DNA of 63,901 nucleotides, filler included, from Octopus bimaculoides (Eukaryota), in assembly GCF_001194135.2 (NCBI RefSeq). It is 6 parts of 6 records of this genome, joined end to end, with 100 filler letters (N's around TTAATTAATTAA, not from the genome) between each part and the next. Parts side by side here need not be neighbours in the genome. Positions count along the whole stretch, not along the records: positions 1 to 16,496 come from NC_069001.1; positions 16,597 to 47,997 come from NC_069006.1; 4 more parts are not named here. One strand, given 5' to 3'. Below, in pieces: positions 14,129-26,420 of this stretch. The notes beneath the pieces are model-generated. The model searched no databases and was not told the DNA's origin. It saw only the letters and a program-made list of their open reading frames with translations. A program made the position numbers and the translations under genes. How positions within the stretch are numbered: position 1 is the stretch's first letter; each line of letters begins with the position of its first letter.

Positions 14129-15005
14129 ACTTTCTTTCTCTCCCTACCCTTTCTTTTCTTCCCTCCATCTCTCTTTCTCTCTCAGTGTGCCTATTTCTCT
14201 CTCTTCCTCTTTCTATTTCCCTCCCTCTGTTTGTCTCTTTCTCATTGTCCATGTCTTACTCACGCTCTTTTCGTCTCTCTCTCTCTCCTTCTCTCTCACT
14301 CTCTCTCTCACTCTCTCTCTCTCTCTGTCTCCCTCTTCTCACCTCTTTCACCGTCTCTCCTTCTCCACCTCTCTCACCTCTCCACACCATTATCCACTTA
14401 CCTCTTCATATAAAAACCAACGAAGAAGGCTTTGCGTAATTTCTCAACCTACGCAGAACAACAGCTAAATCTCCCTCAAGTTACGTGTCTTGAGCAATGG
14501 CATTGAATAATGCAGTCCAAGATTCCTCGCACATAGAAAATACATCCGTTGGTCACTGCAGGAATGCACGACCTACAAGAAACAAAAGTCAAATTTCTGT
14601 CAAATTCTTATCCCTACATTTTCGAAAAGGACATGTAATCCTAGACTCCCTGCATATTAGAGTAAAGCTGGTTGATCACGGCTGGAATACCTTTGATCAC
14701 AGGTATGCTGCATCAGATTGATTTAGATATTTAACAATGTTAGTCGCATTGCCACCATCAACACGACTACTTTTAATAAAACATCATCAACTCTCCCTAA
14801 ATTTCTTTGTCTCTCTTTCTCTCCCTCTCTTTTTCTTTCTTCCTCTCTCTCTCTCCCGCTGCCTTCACCACTGCCCTCACCGTCTCCATGCCTACTATTA
14901 CTCTCACTCCAGCACGAGGAAATATTATTGAATGGTGAGAGAGGGGTGTCAAAGTGTGACACACTGAAACACAGAAATAATTTTCACATTCATTGTATAT
15001 TATAT

Positions 15006-15044
<39 letters not shown>

Positions 15045-15689
15045 CTATATATATGTATGTATATATAAAAAAAAAGATACAAAATGGGACAAGAACGCAG
15101 AACATCCAGACTGTTAGGTGATACAAGAAAGGGACAACAAAATATCCAGATAGACGATACAAAGAAAACAAGGACGGATCATTCGGAGTTTTCTTTCCTC
15201 AGTCGAGTTCCAGATTATCTTTGCAATTCCGGCTGGTTATACTCGAGATTCCTCCAATCTGGCCAGCCCCAAGGAAAAACTTAAGCTAAGAGCATTAGAT
15301 TCCTTGGAAGAAAACAGCGAATGTATACGAAAACAAGGACGGAAAATACGAGAAAGTTACACAAATACAAATAACAGGACGTAACAACCGGTGTCTTTCG
15401 ACTAAGGACGAATTAAATTAAGCTGGCGTATGTGGAAGAAAAGCTTTACGGCAGGGGTACAAGATTTCACAGGCACAGGGCCGAACCAAGAAAGAAAGGT
15501 CAGGTTTGGCCGAACACCGGTCACGTGGGGAGAGAAGAGAGAGAGGTAGAGGCAGAGAGACAGAAGAAATAAGGTGGGGCGAGAAAAAATGACAGGAACA
15601 CAGTGAGGTGAAAAGAGGAGGGAAAGTGAGCAAAAAGAGAAAGCAAGGAAATGTGAGAGAGGGGAAACGAAAGAAGGAAGAGTAGAATG

Positions 15690-16290
15690 AACGAAATAAG
15701 GGGAGCTTGCCTGTCCGAGATAAACTTTACTGGCATGGCAGTGCCGTCAACCGAGCATGTCCGAGATGCGCAATGAACGACGAGACGGTCCTGCATGAAC
15801 TCGTTCAGTGCCCCTGCATTGCTGACCTGTGGGTTTATGTCGAACACCTGCTGGGACGGAACCGGTTATCTACTGAATTCATCATGAAGATCGACCCTCC
15901 ACCTTCCTTTAACCGGAAGGAAAGAAAGGCTGTGTTTATATGCCTGGTGGCCATGGCGAAAGAGGATGAGATTGAAGAGGCTAAAGAAAAACACTTTTTT
16001 CTTTGGCCACTCCCTGATGAACTTCTTCAAGTTTCACTTGAAAAGGAAAATAAGGGTAGAGAGGGAAGTGCTGTCTTCTAACTAGTTTGTTGAGAGGTGG
16101 ATGAAAGTGACGAGAACGGTGCGAGTGAACGGGCTTGCCCCGAGCATACGCTTGTAGTTGGAAAAAAAAAGAAAGGAGAAAAGGTATCTGCCCCAAAAGT
16201 CAGAGTACCCCTGGTTTATATGGATTTTTTCCATGAGCAGCCCTCGAACGTCTCCTACCTGTTGAGGATCACACATTACTGATTTTTAAA
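15690..16290 (+). mobile_element. Tx1/L1-like ORF2 C-terminal CCHC region and 3' end
   Basis: LPVRDKL...CPRC...ETVLHELVQCP..ADLW is the zinc-knuckle-type C-terminus of L1/Tx1 ORF2. Confidence 0.7.
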
Positions 16291-16417
16291 AATTTTGTTA
16301 GTCTTGTTTACATGCAAAACTCTCACAACACACACTCACACACATACACACACACATTTTGTCCTGTGCTGGCCATAATATTTTCCTTAATGTAAACCTT
16401 TATGGTTTATGAAGAAA

Positions 16418-16472
<55 letters not shown>

Positions 16473-16596
16473 CATTAATAATAATAATAAGAAGAANNNN
16501 NNNNNNNNNNNNNNNNNNNNNNNNNNNNNNNNNNNNNNNNTTAATTAATTAANNNNNNNNNNNNNNNNNNNNNNNNNNNNNNNNNNNNNNNNNNNN

Positions 16597-16634
<38 letters not shown>

Positions 16635-16771
16635 GGTAACAAAAGGATGAAGTAAATGTGTCTGTTTTTTTGAAGGTTGACCTACTTCTAAACAACAGCA
16701 ATAACAACAACGGCCCCTTTTGTGCAAGATTTAGTGTTTTTGCTTTAATGTGTGTTTGCTCATGTTTCTAG

Positions 16772-16929
16772 TGTGACCAATATGAAGATGAAGTCCAGAA
16801 CTTGGTGCCACAATTAAACGGTAAAGAGGACAAACTGGAAGACTTGAGGAAAGTAAAGACCATTCTTGCCAGAGCTGGAAAGGAAATGAAGCTGTACAAA
16901 CAACGACTAGAAGAAGAAAAAATCAAAAA
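16772..16929 (+). CDS. Coiled-coil protein, internal exon A (phase 0 to 2)
   Basis: ttctAG acceptor and GTAAG donor. CDQYEDEVQNLVPQLNGKEDKLEDLRKVK...LEEEKIK. Phases chain with the next four exons. Confidence 0.85.
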
Positions 16930-17412
16930 GTAAGATTTATAGAGTTGAAAATAATCCATACACATTCCAGATACGTTTTGTCTTTTACTTGTATCGGTCA
17001 TTAGATTGTAGCCATGCTGGGGCTTTCAATAATTTTTAGTTGAAGGAATTGGCCCCAGGACTTATTTTTGTTGTTTAAATGTGGTACTTATTCTATTGGT
17101 CTCTGTTGCTGAACTGCCAAATTATGACGATGTAAACACACCAACAGCAGTTATCAAGCAGCGGTGGGAGACAAACAAAGACACGCACACACACGTGCAT
17201 GATGGGCTTCTTTCAGTATCCATCTACCAAATCCACCCACAATGTTTTGGTTGGCCCAAGGCTATAGTAGAAGACACTTGTCCAAGGTGCCATACATTGG
17301 GACTGAACCCAGAACCATGTGGTTGGGAAGCAAGCTTCTTATCCCACATCCATACCTGTGCCTATGTACAAACAAGATTGGATTAGAGTGACCTTAGCCC
17401 TTTAACATTTAA

Positions 17413-17644
17413 CCCTTTTGTTACCATATTTCTGTTGAGATGTCCTGTGTTACTTTCAATTAATTTTAAATATAACAAAGAATTTAGTAAAAATAACTTA
17501 GTTATCATTAAGCTAGTGTTAGGAAAATAAATTGTTCCTTTTCAAAAGGAACATAAATTGTTCCTTTTGATACAGAACTTTTGAAAACAAGACATTTGTA
17601 CTACAGAGCCAGAGGTGGTTTCAGCCATGTTGGTATTGAAAGGG
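17413..17644. mobile_element. piggyBac-type MITE with TTAA TSD, nested in an older related MITE
   Basis: TTAA(17409-17412) CCCTTTTGTTACCA ... TGGTATTGAAAGGG TTAA(17645-17648). Host sequence on both sides resembles the element at about 27053-27272. Confidence 0.8.
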
Positions 17645-18207
17645 TTAAACTTGTCATATCCAGCCCAAATATTCTCCCTATTTTGTGTTCAATCTGGCCT
17701 CTAAAATCTACTGTACAATGTTATTCGAAAAATAAACAGTCACATCATCAAAATCTTGTAGCTACAAGATAATGCATGATTAATCCAAAACAACAGGTTA
17801 CAGTCTATGCCAACCCTTGTCGATCAAACCCTTGTGAGTGGATTTGGTATATACGAAAACTGAAAGAAGCCCATTGTGTGTGTGTGTGTGTGTGTGTGTA
17901 TACATACATACATAATACATGTGTGTGTGTGTGTATCTTTGTTTGCCTATCTCCACTCTCTACCACTTGACAACTGGTATTGGTGAGTTTACATCTGCGT
18001 AACTTAGCGGCTTGGCAAAAGTGACTGATATAATAAGAACCAAGCTTAAATTGATCCATATGTCTCAAAATTCTTCAAGGTAGTAAGTACCCCAACATGG
18101 CCCCAGTCAAATGACTGAAACAGGTTAAAGATACAAGATATCAATTGGTTTCCTTCCTCTGTATTAATGTGCGTGTGCATTGTCCGTATATTTTCATGTG
18201 TGTGCAG

Positions 18208-18325
18208 CAAACAGCTGTTGCAGAATCAGAATCAGTTGAAACAAGAGATGCAAAAGATGCAGAAAGGAATGATTTATAATGCATGGCAGCAGAATGGCAA
18301 TAACCAGAGCAACAGTAATAATAAG
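18208..18325 (+). CDS. Coiled-coil protein, exon B (phase 2 to 0)
   Basis: tgtgcAG / GTAAG. (N)KQLLQNQNQLKQEMQKMQKG...NSNNK. Confidence 0.85.
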
Positions 18326-18457
18326 GTAAGTGGAACATTTATGCAAATATTAAACTTAAAATAATAATAATCATCATTGTGCCATACGGTGTGACTGACC
18401 CTGAAACCACATGTTTGTAGTACGAACGTCTTATCCACATAACCACGTCTGTGCCTT

Positions 18458-18825
18458 TGGAGCACCGCCTTTAGTCGAGCAAATCGACCCCAGGACTTAT
18501 TCTTTGTAAGCCTAGTACGTATTTTATCGGTCTCTTTTTTCCAAACCGCTAAGTTACGGGGACGTAAACACACCAGCATCGGTTGTCAAGCGATGTTGGG
18601 GGGGGGGGACAAACACAGATACACAAACATGCACACGCACATAAATATATATATATATACATATATACGACAGGCTTCTTTCAGTTTCCGTCTACCAAAT
18701 CTACTCACAACGCTTTGGTCGGCCCGAGGCTATAGTAGAAGGCACTTGCCCAAGGTGCCACGCAGTGGGACTGAACCCAGAACCATGTGGTTCGTAAGCA
18801 AGCTACTTACCACACAGCCACTCCT
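18458..18825 (-). mobile_element. SINE family A (AGGAGTGGCTGTGTGGTAAG tRNA-like head); other copies about 10745-10920+, 17050-17345-, 17820-18125+, 20033-20330+, 22475-22700+, 41885-42200-, 43441-43690+, 44090-44300+, 55780-56175-, 56640-57015-, 58445-59080+, 59083-59455-, 60315-60475+, 61545-61810
   Basis: Many near-identical copies with GGTTCAGTCCCACTG B-box-like segment, a central (TA/TG)n linker and a (AAAAGAGT/AAAAGAAT)n tail. Confidence 0.9.
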
Positions 18826-18900
18826 TCGCCTAGTTTTGTTTGAAAATCATGAATGTGATGTATGTGGAACTCAATGCCTGCGTTACTCTTGTTGTTGCAG

Positions 18901-19058
18901 TGTGATATTAACTGTGCCAATAGCGACACTCACCAGCTGCACAAAGAGGTTACCGATCTAAAGATGGCGCTGTTTGCTGCCAACGAACGGCAGGAGGTAT
19001 TGCAGAGAAAATACGAAGATCGCAAACTTCGGATCCGTGCAAAATTCCTGAGAGCCAG
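18901..19058 (+). CDS. Coiled-coil protein, exon C (phase 0 to 2)
   Basis: gttgttgcAG / GTAAC. CDINCANSDTHQLHKEVTDLKMALFAANERQEVLQRKYEDRKLRIRAKFLRAR. Confidence 0.9.
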
Positions 19059-19332
19059 GTAACTATCAAACATCATCGTTGTCGTTATTGTCATCGCTGT
19101 CATCACTGTCATCACTGTTGTTATCGGTGTTGTCATGATCATCATCATTATACCACCATCACCACCACCACCACCACCACCATCACTACCACTGCTATTA
19201 TTCCTCCTCCTCCTCCTCCTCCTCATCATCATCATCATCGTCATCGTTGTCTCAGCATGATCACAGTTAAGTGGCTGAAACTAGTAAGAGATGAAAAGAC
19301 GATTGCATTAAATGCGTGTCTGTTTGTTGCAG

Positions 19333-19497
19333 GCAATTACACAACCAGGAAAAGATGCTTATGAAGGAACAACTTCGCCACCTGGGAGAGGACTTGCTGG
19401 TCACTCGGTCGATGTTTAACAAGGAGCATGAACTGCGTGAAGAGCGAGAAGCCAGTTACAAGAAACTGGCCAATGAACGCCGAGAGCTTCTCTCAAA
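19333..19497 (+). CDS. Coiled-coil protein, exon D (phase 2 to 2)
   Basis: tttgttgcAG / GTAAG. QLHNQEKMLMKEQLRHLGEDLLVTRSMFNKEHELREEREASYKKLANERRELLSK. Confidence 0.9.
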
Positions 19498-19600
19498 GTA
19501 AGATCACCCATTGCACGCTTCTAAGACATGATAATAATTACCATTTACATTGACAGTTTTACACATTTAGATATTTCATCAAACTGTTGTTTGTCTACAG

Positions 19601-19760
19601 AAATGGAGAGCAAGTGGAGATCATCCGCGAACTGACTCGATCTCAGTCGAGACTGGAGGTTCAGTCAAAATTCCTTGAAGAAGAAAACAAACGTCTCCAG
19701 GAGAAACTGATTGCAGTCAATCACAGACAGAGTCTGTCACAACGTGCCAATCACAATTTG
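19601..19760 (+). CDS. Coiled-coil protein, exon E (phase 2 to 0)
   Basis: ttgtctacAG / GTAAG. NGEQVEIIRELTRSQSRLEVQSKFLEEENKRLQEKL...NHNL. Exons A-E give 759 nt with no stop. Confidence 0.9.
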
Positions 19761-20544
19761 GTAAGTAAATAATTTTCTCTTGTATTGCTTTGATGGATAT
19801 GTTCTCACTCCCACCATTATGTGGAGGTGCATGGCTTAGTGGGTAGGGTATTGGACTCATGAAGTAGTTCAGAGGAGAATTCATTTTGAGTTATGCCTCT
19901 TGCATAGGGGTTGGAGTATCTTCACAGTGCAAGGAACAACTGTCAGCTTGGTCCAGAAGTCGAACTCACTACCTCATGATTTACGTAATATTTGTAATAT
20001 TGGCAGATGGAGTGTGCGAATAGTCAAAAATCAGGAGTGGCTGTGTGGTAAGTAGCTTGCTTACCAACCACATGGTTCTGGGTTCAGTCCCACTGCATGG
20101 CACCTTGGGCAAGTGTCTTCTACTATAGCCTCGGGCCGACCAAAGCCTTGTGAGTGGATTTGGTAGACGGAAACTGAAAGAAGCCCGTCATATATATGTA
20201 TGTGTTTGTCCCCCCAACATCGCTTGACAACCGATAGTGGTGTGTTTACGTCCCCGTAACCTAGCGGTTTGGCAAAAGAGACCGATAGAATAAGTACTAG
20301 GCTTCCAAAAAATAAGTCCTGGGGTCGATTNNNNNNNNNNAATATTTCATCTACATTCAATACTTTATTTCATGGTGCCATCCATTTTTATTTTATTTTA
20401 TTTTATATTATATATTGTATATTATATTATATATTGTATATTCCATATTCTATACCCCACATTGGTTCTGCAGGAATATAAATAAAACATAAAAAACAGA
20501 CAGTGTTGGAACTCTTTTAAACAAAATAATATATATATATATAT

Positions 20545-20652
20545 ATAGCCTGGTGTTGCCATCCGGTTTCACCAGTCCTCAGTCAAATCGTCCAACCCAT
20601 GCTAGCATGGAAAGCGGACGTTAAACGATGATGATGATGATGATGATGATGA
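20545..20652 (+). mobile_element. RTE-tail-like SINE family C ending in (GAT)n; other copies about 24290-24450, 26650-26860, 30850-31200, 32950-33275, 37360-37470
   Basis: Shared CCAACCCATGCTAGCATGGAAAGCGGACGTTAAACGATGATGAT end, the same 3' end as the RTE fragment at 60478-61545. Confidence 0.75.
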
Positions 20653-23050
20653 TATATATATATATATATATATGCGTGTGTGTGTGTATTCTTTTCTGTT
20701 TTACATGTATTCTCTATTATATATCATTGTTATATGATATGTTTTTTGTTTTTTTTTCTGTTTTGATCAGATATACCCTCACCAGTTAACAAGCTCGAAA
20801 TCTTTAGAGTTTGATGCCATTTTTGAGAGGCCACTGTCTCACTTAAACAAAGGGACTTTGCCTGACATGAAACCATCCTTCCAGACAGATAGCAGCCACA
20901 TACGCCAAATAGAACTGAACCAGACGGAAGACGAATACGATATATGAACCTTATGTATCTAACATGTAGGTAGCTATATGTCTGTGTGTCCATATGTTTC
21001 TAAGTAAATGTGTGCGTGCGTGCGTGCGTGTTTGTGTGTGTGGAAGAGAGAGTGTGTGTTTATGCATGTAAACCATACTTTTTTGTTCCTCAGAATTTAA
21101 AACAACAAATAACAACAGAAAAATACAAATTCAAAGATAAAGGAAATACTATTTGTAACCAAATTCTTCCGAATGAAGGAGCAATATATACATTATATAT
21201 ATATATATATGTATATCGTTTGACTATTTACTGCATGCTCACACAGACCCTCTCTGTCCTTCTAACTGATTTGGAGTACCTGATTCATGGATTTTCTTAC
21301 TCTACTCTTGGATTACATCACCTTTAAATTCCTTCGGAGTACATTGCTTCTGCGCCTTTAATTATACATACATANNNNNNNNNNNNNNNNNNNNNNNNNN
21401 NNNNNNNNNNNNNNNNNNNNNNNNNNNNNNNNNNNNNNNNNNNNNNNNNNNNNNNNNNNNNNNNNNNNNNNNNNNNNNNNNNNNNNNNNNNNNNNNNNNN
21501 NNNNNNNNNNNNNNNNNNNNNNNNNNNNNNNNNNNNNNNNNNNNNNNNNNNNNNNNNNNNNNNNNNNNNNNNNNNNNNNNNNNNNNNNNNNNNNNNNNNN
21601 NNNNNNNNNNNNNNNNNNNNNNNNNNNNNNNNNNNNNNNNNNNNNNNNNNNNNNNNNNNNNNNNNNNNNNNNNNNNNNNNNNNNNNNNNNNNNNNNNNNN
21701 NNNNNNNNNNNNNNNNNNNNNNNNNNNNNNNNNNNNNNNNNNNNNNNNNNNNNNNNNNNNNNNNNNNNNNNNNNNNNNNNNNNNNNNNNNNNNNNNNNNN
21801 NNNNNNNNNNNNNNNNNNNNNNNNNNNNNNNNNNNNNNNNNNNNNNNNNNNNNNNNNNNNNNNNNNNNNNNNNNNNNNNNNNNNNNNNNNNNNNNNNNNN
21901 NNNNNNNNNNNNNNNNNNNNNNNNNNNNNNNNNNNNNNNNNNNNNNNNNNNNNNNNNNNNNNNNNNNNNNNNNNNNNNNNNNNNNNNNNNNNNNNNNNNN
22001 NNNNNNNNNNNNNNNNNNNNNNNNNNNNNNNNNNNNNNNNNNNNNNNNNNNNNNNNNNNTAATTATTATAAGCCTTAAGCTTGTAGTAACACAATGTGCA
22101 GATTTATAAGCTGAAAACTTATAATCATTTCCAGAATATATATATTTATATACACATGTACATACATACATAAATACATACTTATGTACTTACATTTGTA
22201 CATATATTTGTATATATATATATGTATATCGTTTGACTATTTACTGCATGCTCACACAGACCCTCTCTGTCCTTCTAACTGATTTGGAGTACCTGATTCA
22301 TGGATTTTCTTACTCTACTCTTGGATTACATCACCTTTAAATTCCTTCGGAGTACATTGCTTCTGCGCCTTTAATTATACATACATACATATATATATAT
22401 ATATACATATACAAAAATACATACATATATACATGCATACATGTATTTATATTGTACGCGTACGCACACACATCATGTGGCGGTATGGTTGTGTGGTTAA
22501 GCAGTTTGCTTCACAGCTGTGTGGTGTCTGGTTCATTCCCACTGAATGGCATCTCAGGCAAAAATTCCTCACTATAGCTCTGGGCCCATGAATGCACTGA
22601 GAATGAATTTGGTTGATAGAAACTGAAGGAAAAGAAGCACGCTATATATATGCATTTACCTATGTATATGTGTGGCCCTGTGTGGCCCTGTGTGTGTGTA
22701 TGTGTATGTCGCCTTGTTTTGATGTTGCATGTTTATTGTAAATAAAAATCATACAAATTACGCTGTTTATCTGCACAATCCGGACAAGGATAGGGTAACT
22801 GTTATCTTGCTCAGAAGTAGGCAAGGATTGATGACAGGAAGGGAATCCAGCCATGGAAACCTGCCTCAGTGAAGCATGTCTGAGCCATGCAAGCATTGCA
22901 CAGTAGACATCAAAACGATGATGATGATGATGATGGTGCTGATGATAATATGCGTCATGGGATTATCTTTGAATTTTGGTTGAGTAAGTCTGCTGTAACA
23001 TTATGAATGAGTAAAAAGCTTCCTAGTAAGTAGAGAGCAGCTATTACACT

Positions 23051-23206
23051 CAGGGCCAGCTCAAGGTGCCCACAACTCAGGCAGTCGCCCAGGGAACAAT
23101 GTGTTAAGGAGGACGTGACAAACACGAGGAAATTTCCATGACTGTTAGCTTGTACATGCTGAACTTCAGCTTGCCTTGGGTGCCACCAACCTCAAGGCTG
23201 GCCCTG
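23051..23206. mobile_element. hAT-type MITE (156 bp) with 8-bp TSD
   Basis: ATTACACT(23043-23050) CAGGGCCAGC ... GCTGGCCCTG ATTACACT(23207-23214). Confidence 0.85.
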
Positions 23207-23446
23207 ATTACACTTATGGGGCAGAGTATGTCGAAAAGCTATGGTAGTTAAATAGTTTCTGCAATTATTGTATAAATGAATTAATGAATGAATGAATGAA
23301 TGAGTGAGTGAATGTGGCAAATTTGGAAAAGATCTAAAAATAAAAAAAAAATAAAGCAAATAGAAGAACCCAAAATGGAAGTTTTTCTTTCATAAATATA
23401 ATCAGATCTGCTTGCCATACTGCAATATATGGATGTACATATGTGG

Positions 23447-23484
<38 letters not shown>

Positions 23485-23698
23485 ATAAATATATATGTAT
23501 GTATGTACTTATATGTATATATGAGTGTAGGCATGGCTGTGTAGTAAGAAGTTTGCTTCTCAAGTGCATGGTTGTGTGTGTATAAATCTACGTGGTAGAC
23601 ATACGGACATGGCAAATTTAACCGTCTCTCTGTAGATTGAAAAAAAAAATGATTTGAACCGCATTATCAATGTTTAAACCTTATTGTGTTCTCATCAG

Positions 23699-23731
23699 GG
23701 ATGTCTGCATCACTTGATCAATCCCAGAGAA
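23699..23731 (+). CDS. Candidate 33-nt exon of the coiled-coil gene (phase 0 to 0)
   Basis: ttgtgttctcatcAG / GTAAG. GCLHHLINPRE, in phase with exon E. Confidence 0.45.
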
Positions 23732-24519
23732 GTAAGCAGCCAATCTGTCTATCTACACAACTAATTCAGGGGCTTTCAGAGAACTGGAATATCTGATTTG
23801 CATACTATAAATATTTAAGACTTTATTTAATATCAGCAGTCTATGATTATATTATATGCACACAGACACATACATTTACTCATATCGTATACATGCATAC
23901 ACAAACATATATACACATGCGCACACAAATATATATATATTATAAAGGTGGTGCACCACCTTGGACGTGGTTCAATGACTGTTACCATTAAAAAAAAAAC
24001 TATATACTTACTCGTATACAATAACTTTACTTTCTGGATAACTGCTGAATAAAATCTGATGGAATGGTGACATTCAAAGATGACAATTATAACTGTAACT
24101 CTACTACCATCACCATCATGCCATCTGCCCTTCCCCCTCAACCATTACCATTAAAATATGTTTTAATTATATTAAAAACGGCAATGAATTTCAAAGCGGT
24201 GTATTAATAAAGGTAAATGTTTTTGAATTGGTTTGTGTTCTTTTATTGCTTGTAATGATTTGCAATAACTTTGTCCCCATGCCAGTGGCACATAAAAAGC
24301 ACTGTTCGAGCATGGTCGATGCCAATGCTGCCTGTGGCACGTAAAAAGCACCCATTACACTCTCGAAGTGGTTGGTGCTAGGAAAGGCATCCAGCTGTAG
24401 AAACCTTGCCAGATCAGATTGGAGCCTGGTGCAGCCACCTGGTAACACCAACATCCTCTCAACAATTAGCCGGAGATTATTTTTAAAATGAGAATACCTG
24501 AAATACACTTGACTGCTCT

Positions 24520-24772
24520 CACAAACGAGAATTCTAAAACTGAATCTGACCCCTCTCGAAAGTTAAGTAAAAACACTGGAAAAATAATCTGGAATCCTTG
24601 CCTGGTACTGGATCAATCCCAAAATCTAATCAGTTCACGCCAGTCATGAGGCCAAACATCCCTGAAAGTTTCATCCGAATCCATCCAGCGGTTCTTGAGA
24701 TATCTTGTCCGTGGACAAACAAACAAATATGACTGAAAACAATATCTCTGCCTTCAATTAGGCGGAGGTAAT
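24520..24772 (+). mobile_element. Non-autonomous Helitron/Helentron-like repeat end
   Basis: GTTTCATCC..GAGATATC..ACAAACAAAC..GAAAACAAT followed by a terminal hairpin CTCTGCCT/AGGCGGAG (24746-24767) and GTAAT. Family assignment from memory only. Confidence 0.4.
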
Positions 24773-25265
24773 AAAAACGACAAACACCTGGCTTTTGTTC
24801 TTGCACATTATTTTGAAATGAAGGTATTTATTTCTTTTGTTTTTCATTTACATGATTTAAATATATAATTTTTATTTATTTATATTTTTTTTTAGTGGGG
24901 TTTTCCTTTGCATCACAGTAAAATTGAATAATGTCATAATGTCGTCCCTGACAAAGATGTAGGAAGCAAGAGTCAGTGTGAAAGAATCAGTCGTTTTGTT
25001 CTTGAAAGACAATACAATAATATTTGATATAATGATAATAACTGGATTTCAAACGATCAGTCACAAAATGGCAGCAGAATTATTTGATGGGGGTTAAAAT
25101 AGGGGTCAAAGTAAATTTGGAGATAAAATCAAACAAAATATATATATATGCACAAAATATAAATATACATGTGTGTATATTATATATATACACACACACA
25201 CATGTAAAAGTATATATAAAATAAATATGTATGTATATATACACACACATATAAAATTATGTATG

Positions 25266-25300
<35 letters not shown>

Positions 25301-25827
25301 NNNNNNNNNNNNNNNNNNNNNNNNNNNNNNNNNNNNNNNNNNNNNNNNNNNNNNNNNNNNNNNNNNNNNNNNNNNNNNNNNNNNNNNNNNATATATATAT
25401 ATATACCTATCAAAATAATATTTACATGCTTATTCATAGATTTATGTGTACTTAGAGATCCCCTATTCCATGTATACACATATATACACACACACAGAAA
25501 TATGTATATATATTTACAAATACATAATTATCTATACAAGTATAGATATATATATATATATATTTATATACACAAATATATATCTAATAATTGTTTTACG
25601 TAGCTCCCCATTAAAATTTTGTAAGCAGAGAAATTGTTCAACATATGAGAAGTTTCCAAAAGTCTGATGAAGTAGACATGTTCTTCATCCATGAAACTTT
25701 AAGTAATAAGGAGTTAAGTCAGACTGTTATGAAATACATAAAGCTTCAACAAAATGTCCTGAATGCTACTTTCTCTTATTTGTTCAATCAGTTGTATATA
25801 CAAATATATATATATATATATTTCTGC

Positions 25828-25880
<53 letters not shown>

Positions 25881-25927
25881 AAAACACATTTATATGTGCA
25901 TATGTGTTTATATATACATTTGTATAG

Positions 25928-25958
<31 letters not shown>

Positions 25959-26338
25959 NNNNNNNNNNNNNNNNNNNNNNNNNNNNNNNNNNNNNNNNNN
26001 NNNNNNNNNNNNNNNNNNNNNNNNNNNNNNNNNNNNNNNNNNNNNNNNNNNNNNNNNNNNNNNNNNNNNNNNNNNNNNNNNNNNNNNNNNNNNNNNNNNN
26101 NNNNNNNNNNNNNNNNNNNNNNNNNNNNNNNNNNNNNNNNNNNNNNNNNNNNNNNNNNNNNNNNNNNNNNNNNNNNNNNNNNNNNNNNNNNNNNNNNNNN
26201 NNNNNNNNNNNNNNNNNNNNNNNNNNNNNNNNNNNNNNNNNNNNNNNNNNNNNNNNNNNNNNNNNNNNNNNNNNNNNNNNNNNNNNNNNNNNNNNNNNNN
26301 NNNNNNNNNNNNNNNNNNNNNNNNNNNNNNNNNNNNNN

Positions 26339-26385
<47 letters not shown>

Positions 26386-26386
26386 A

Positions 26387-26420
<34 letters not shown>

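Noticed and set aside
16497-16596. TTAATTAATTAA embedded in N runs (also near 48041, 53755, 55689 and 62389)
   Set aside because: At 16497-16596 it is exactly 44 N + 12 nt + 44 N = 100, and the others show the same layout. It is a six-frame-stop scaffolding spacer, not biological sequence.
21198-22390. About 180-bp identical duplication on either side of a gap
   Set aside because: An identical sequence flanking an N gap is most simply an unmerged contig overlap.
25658-25712. CTGATGA...GAAAC TTTAA GTA hammerhead-like string
   Set aside because: Helix II and helix I do not pair, and GATGAAG/CTTCATC would sequester the core.
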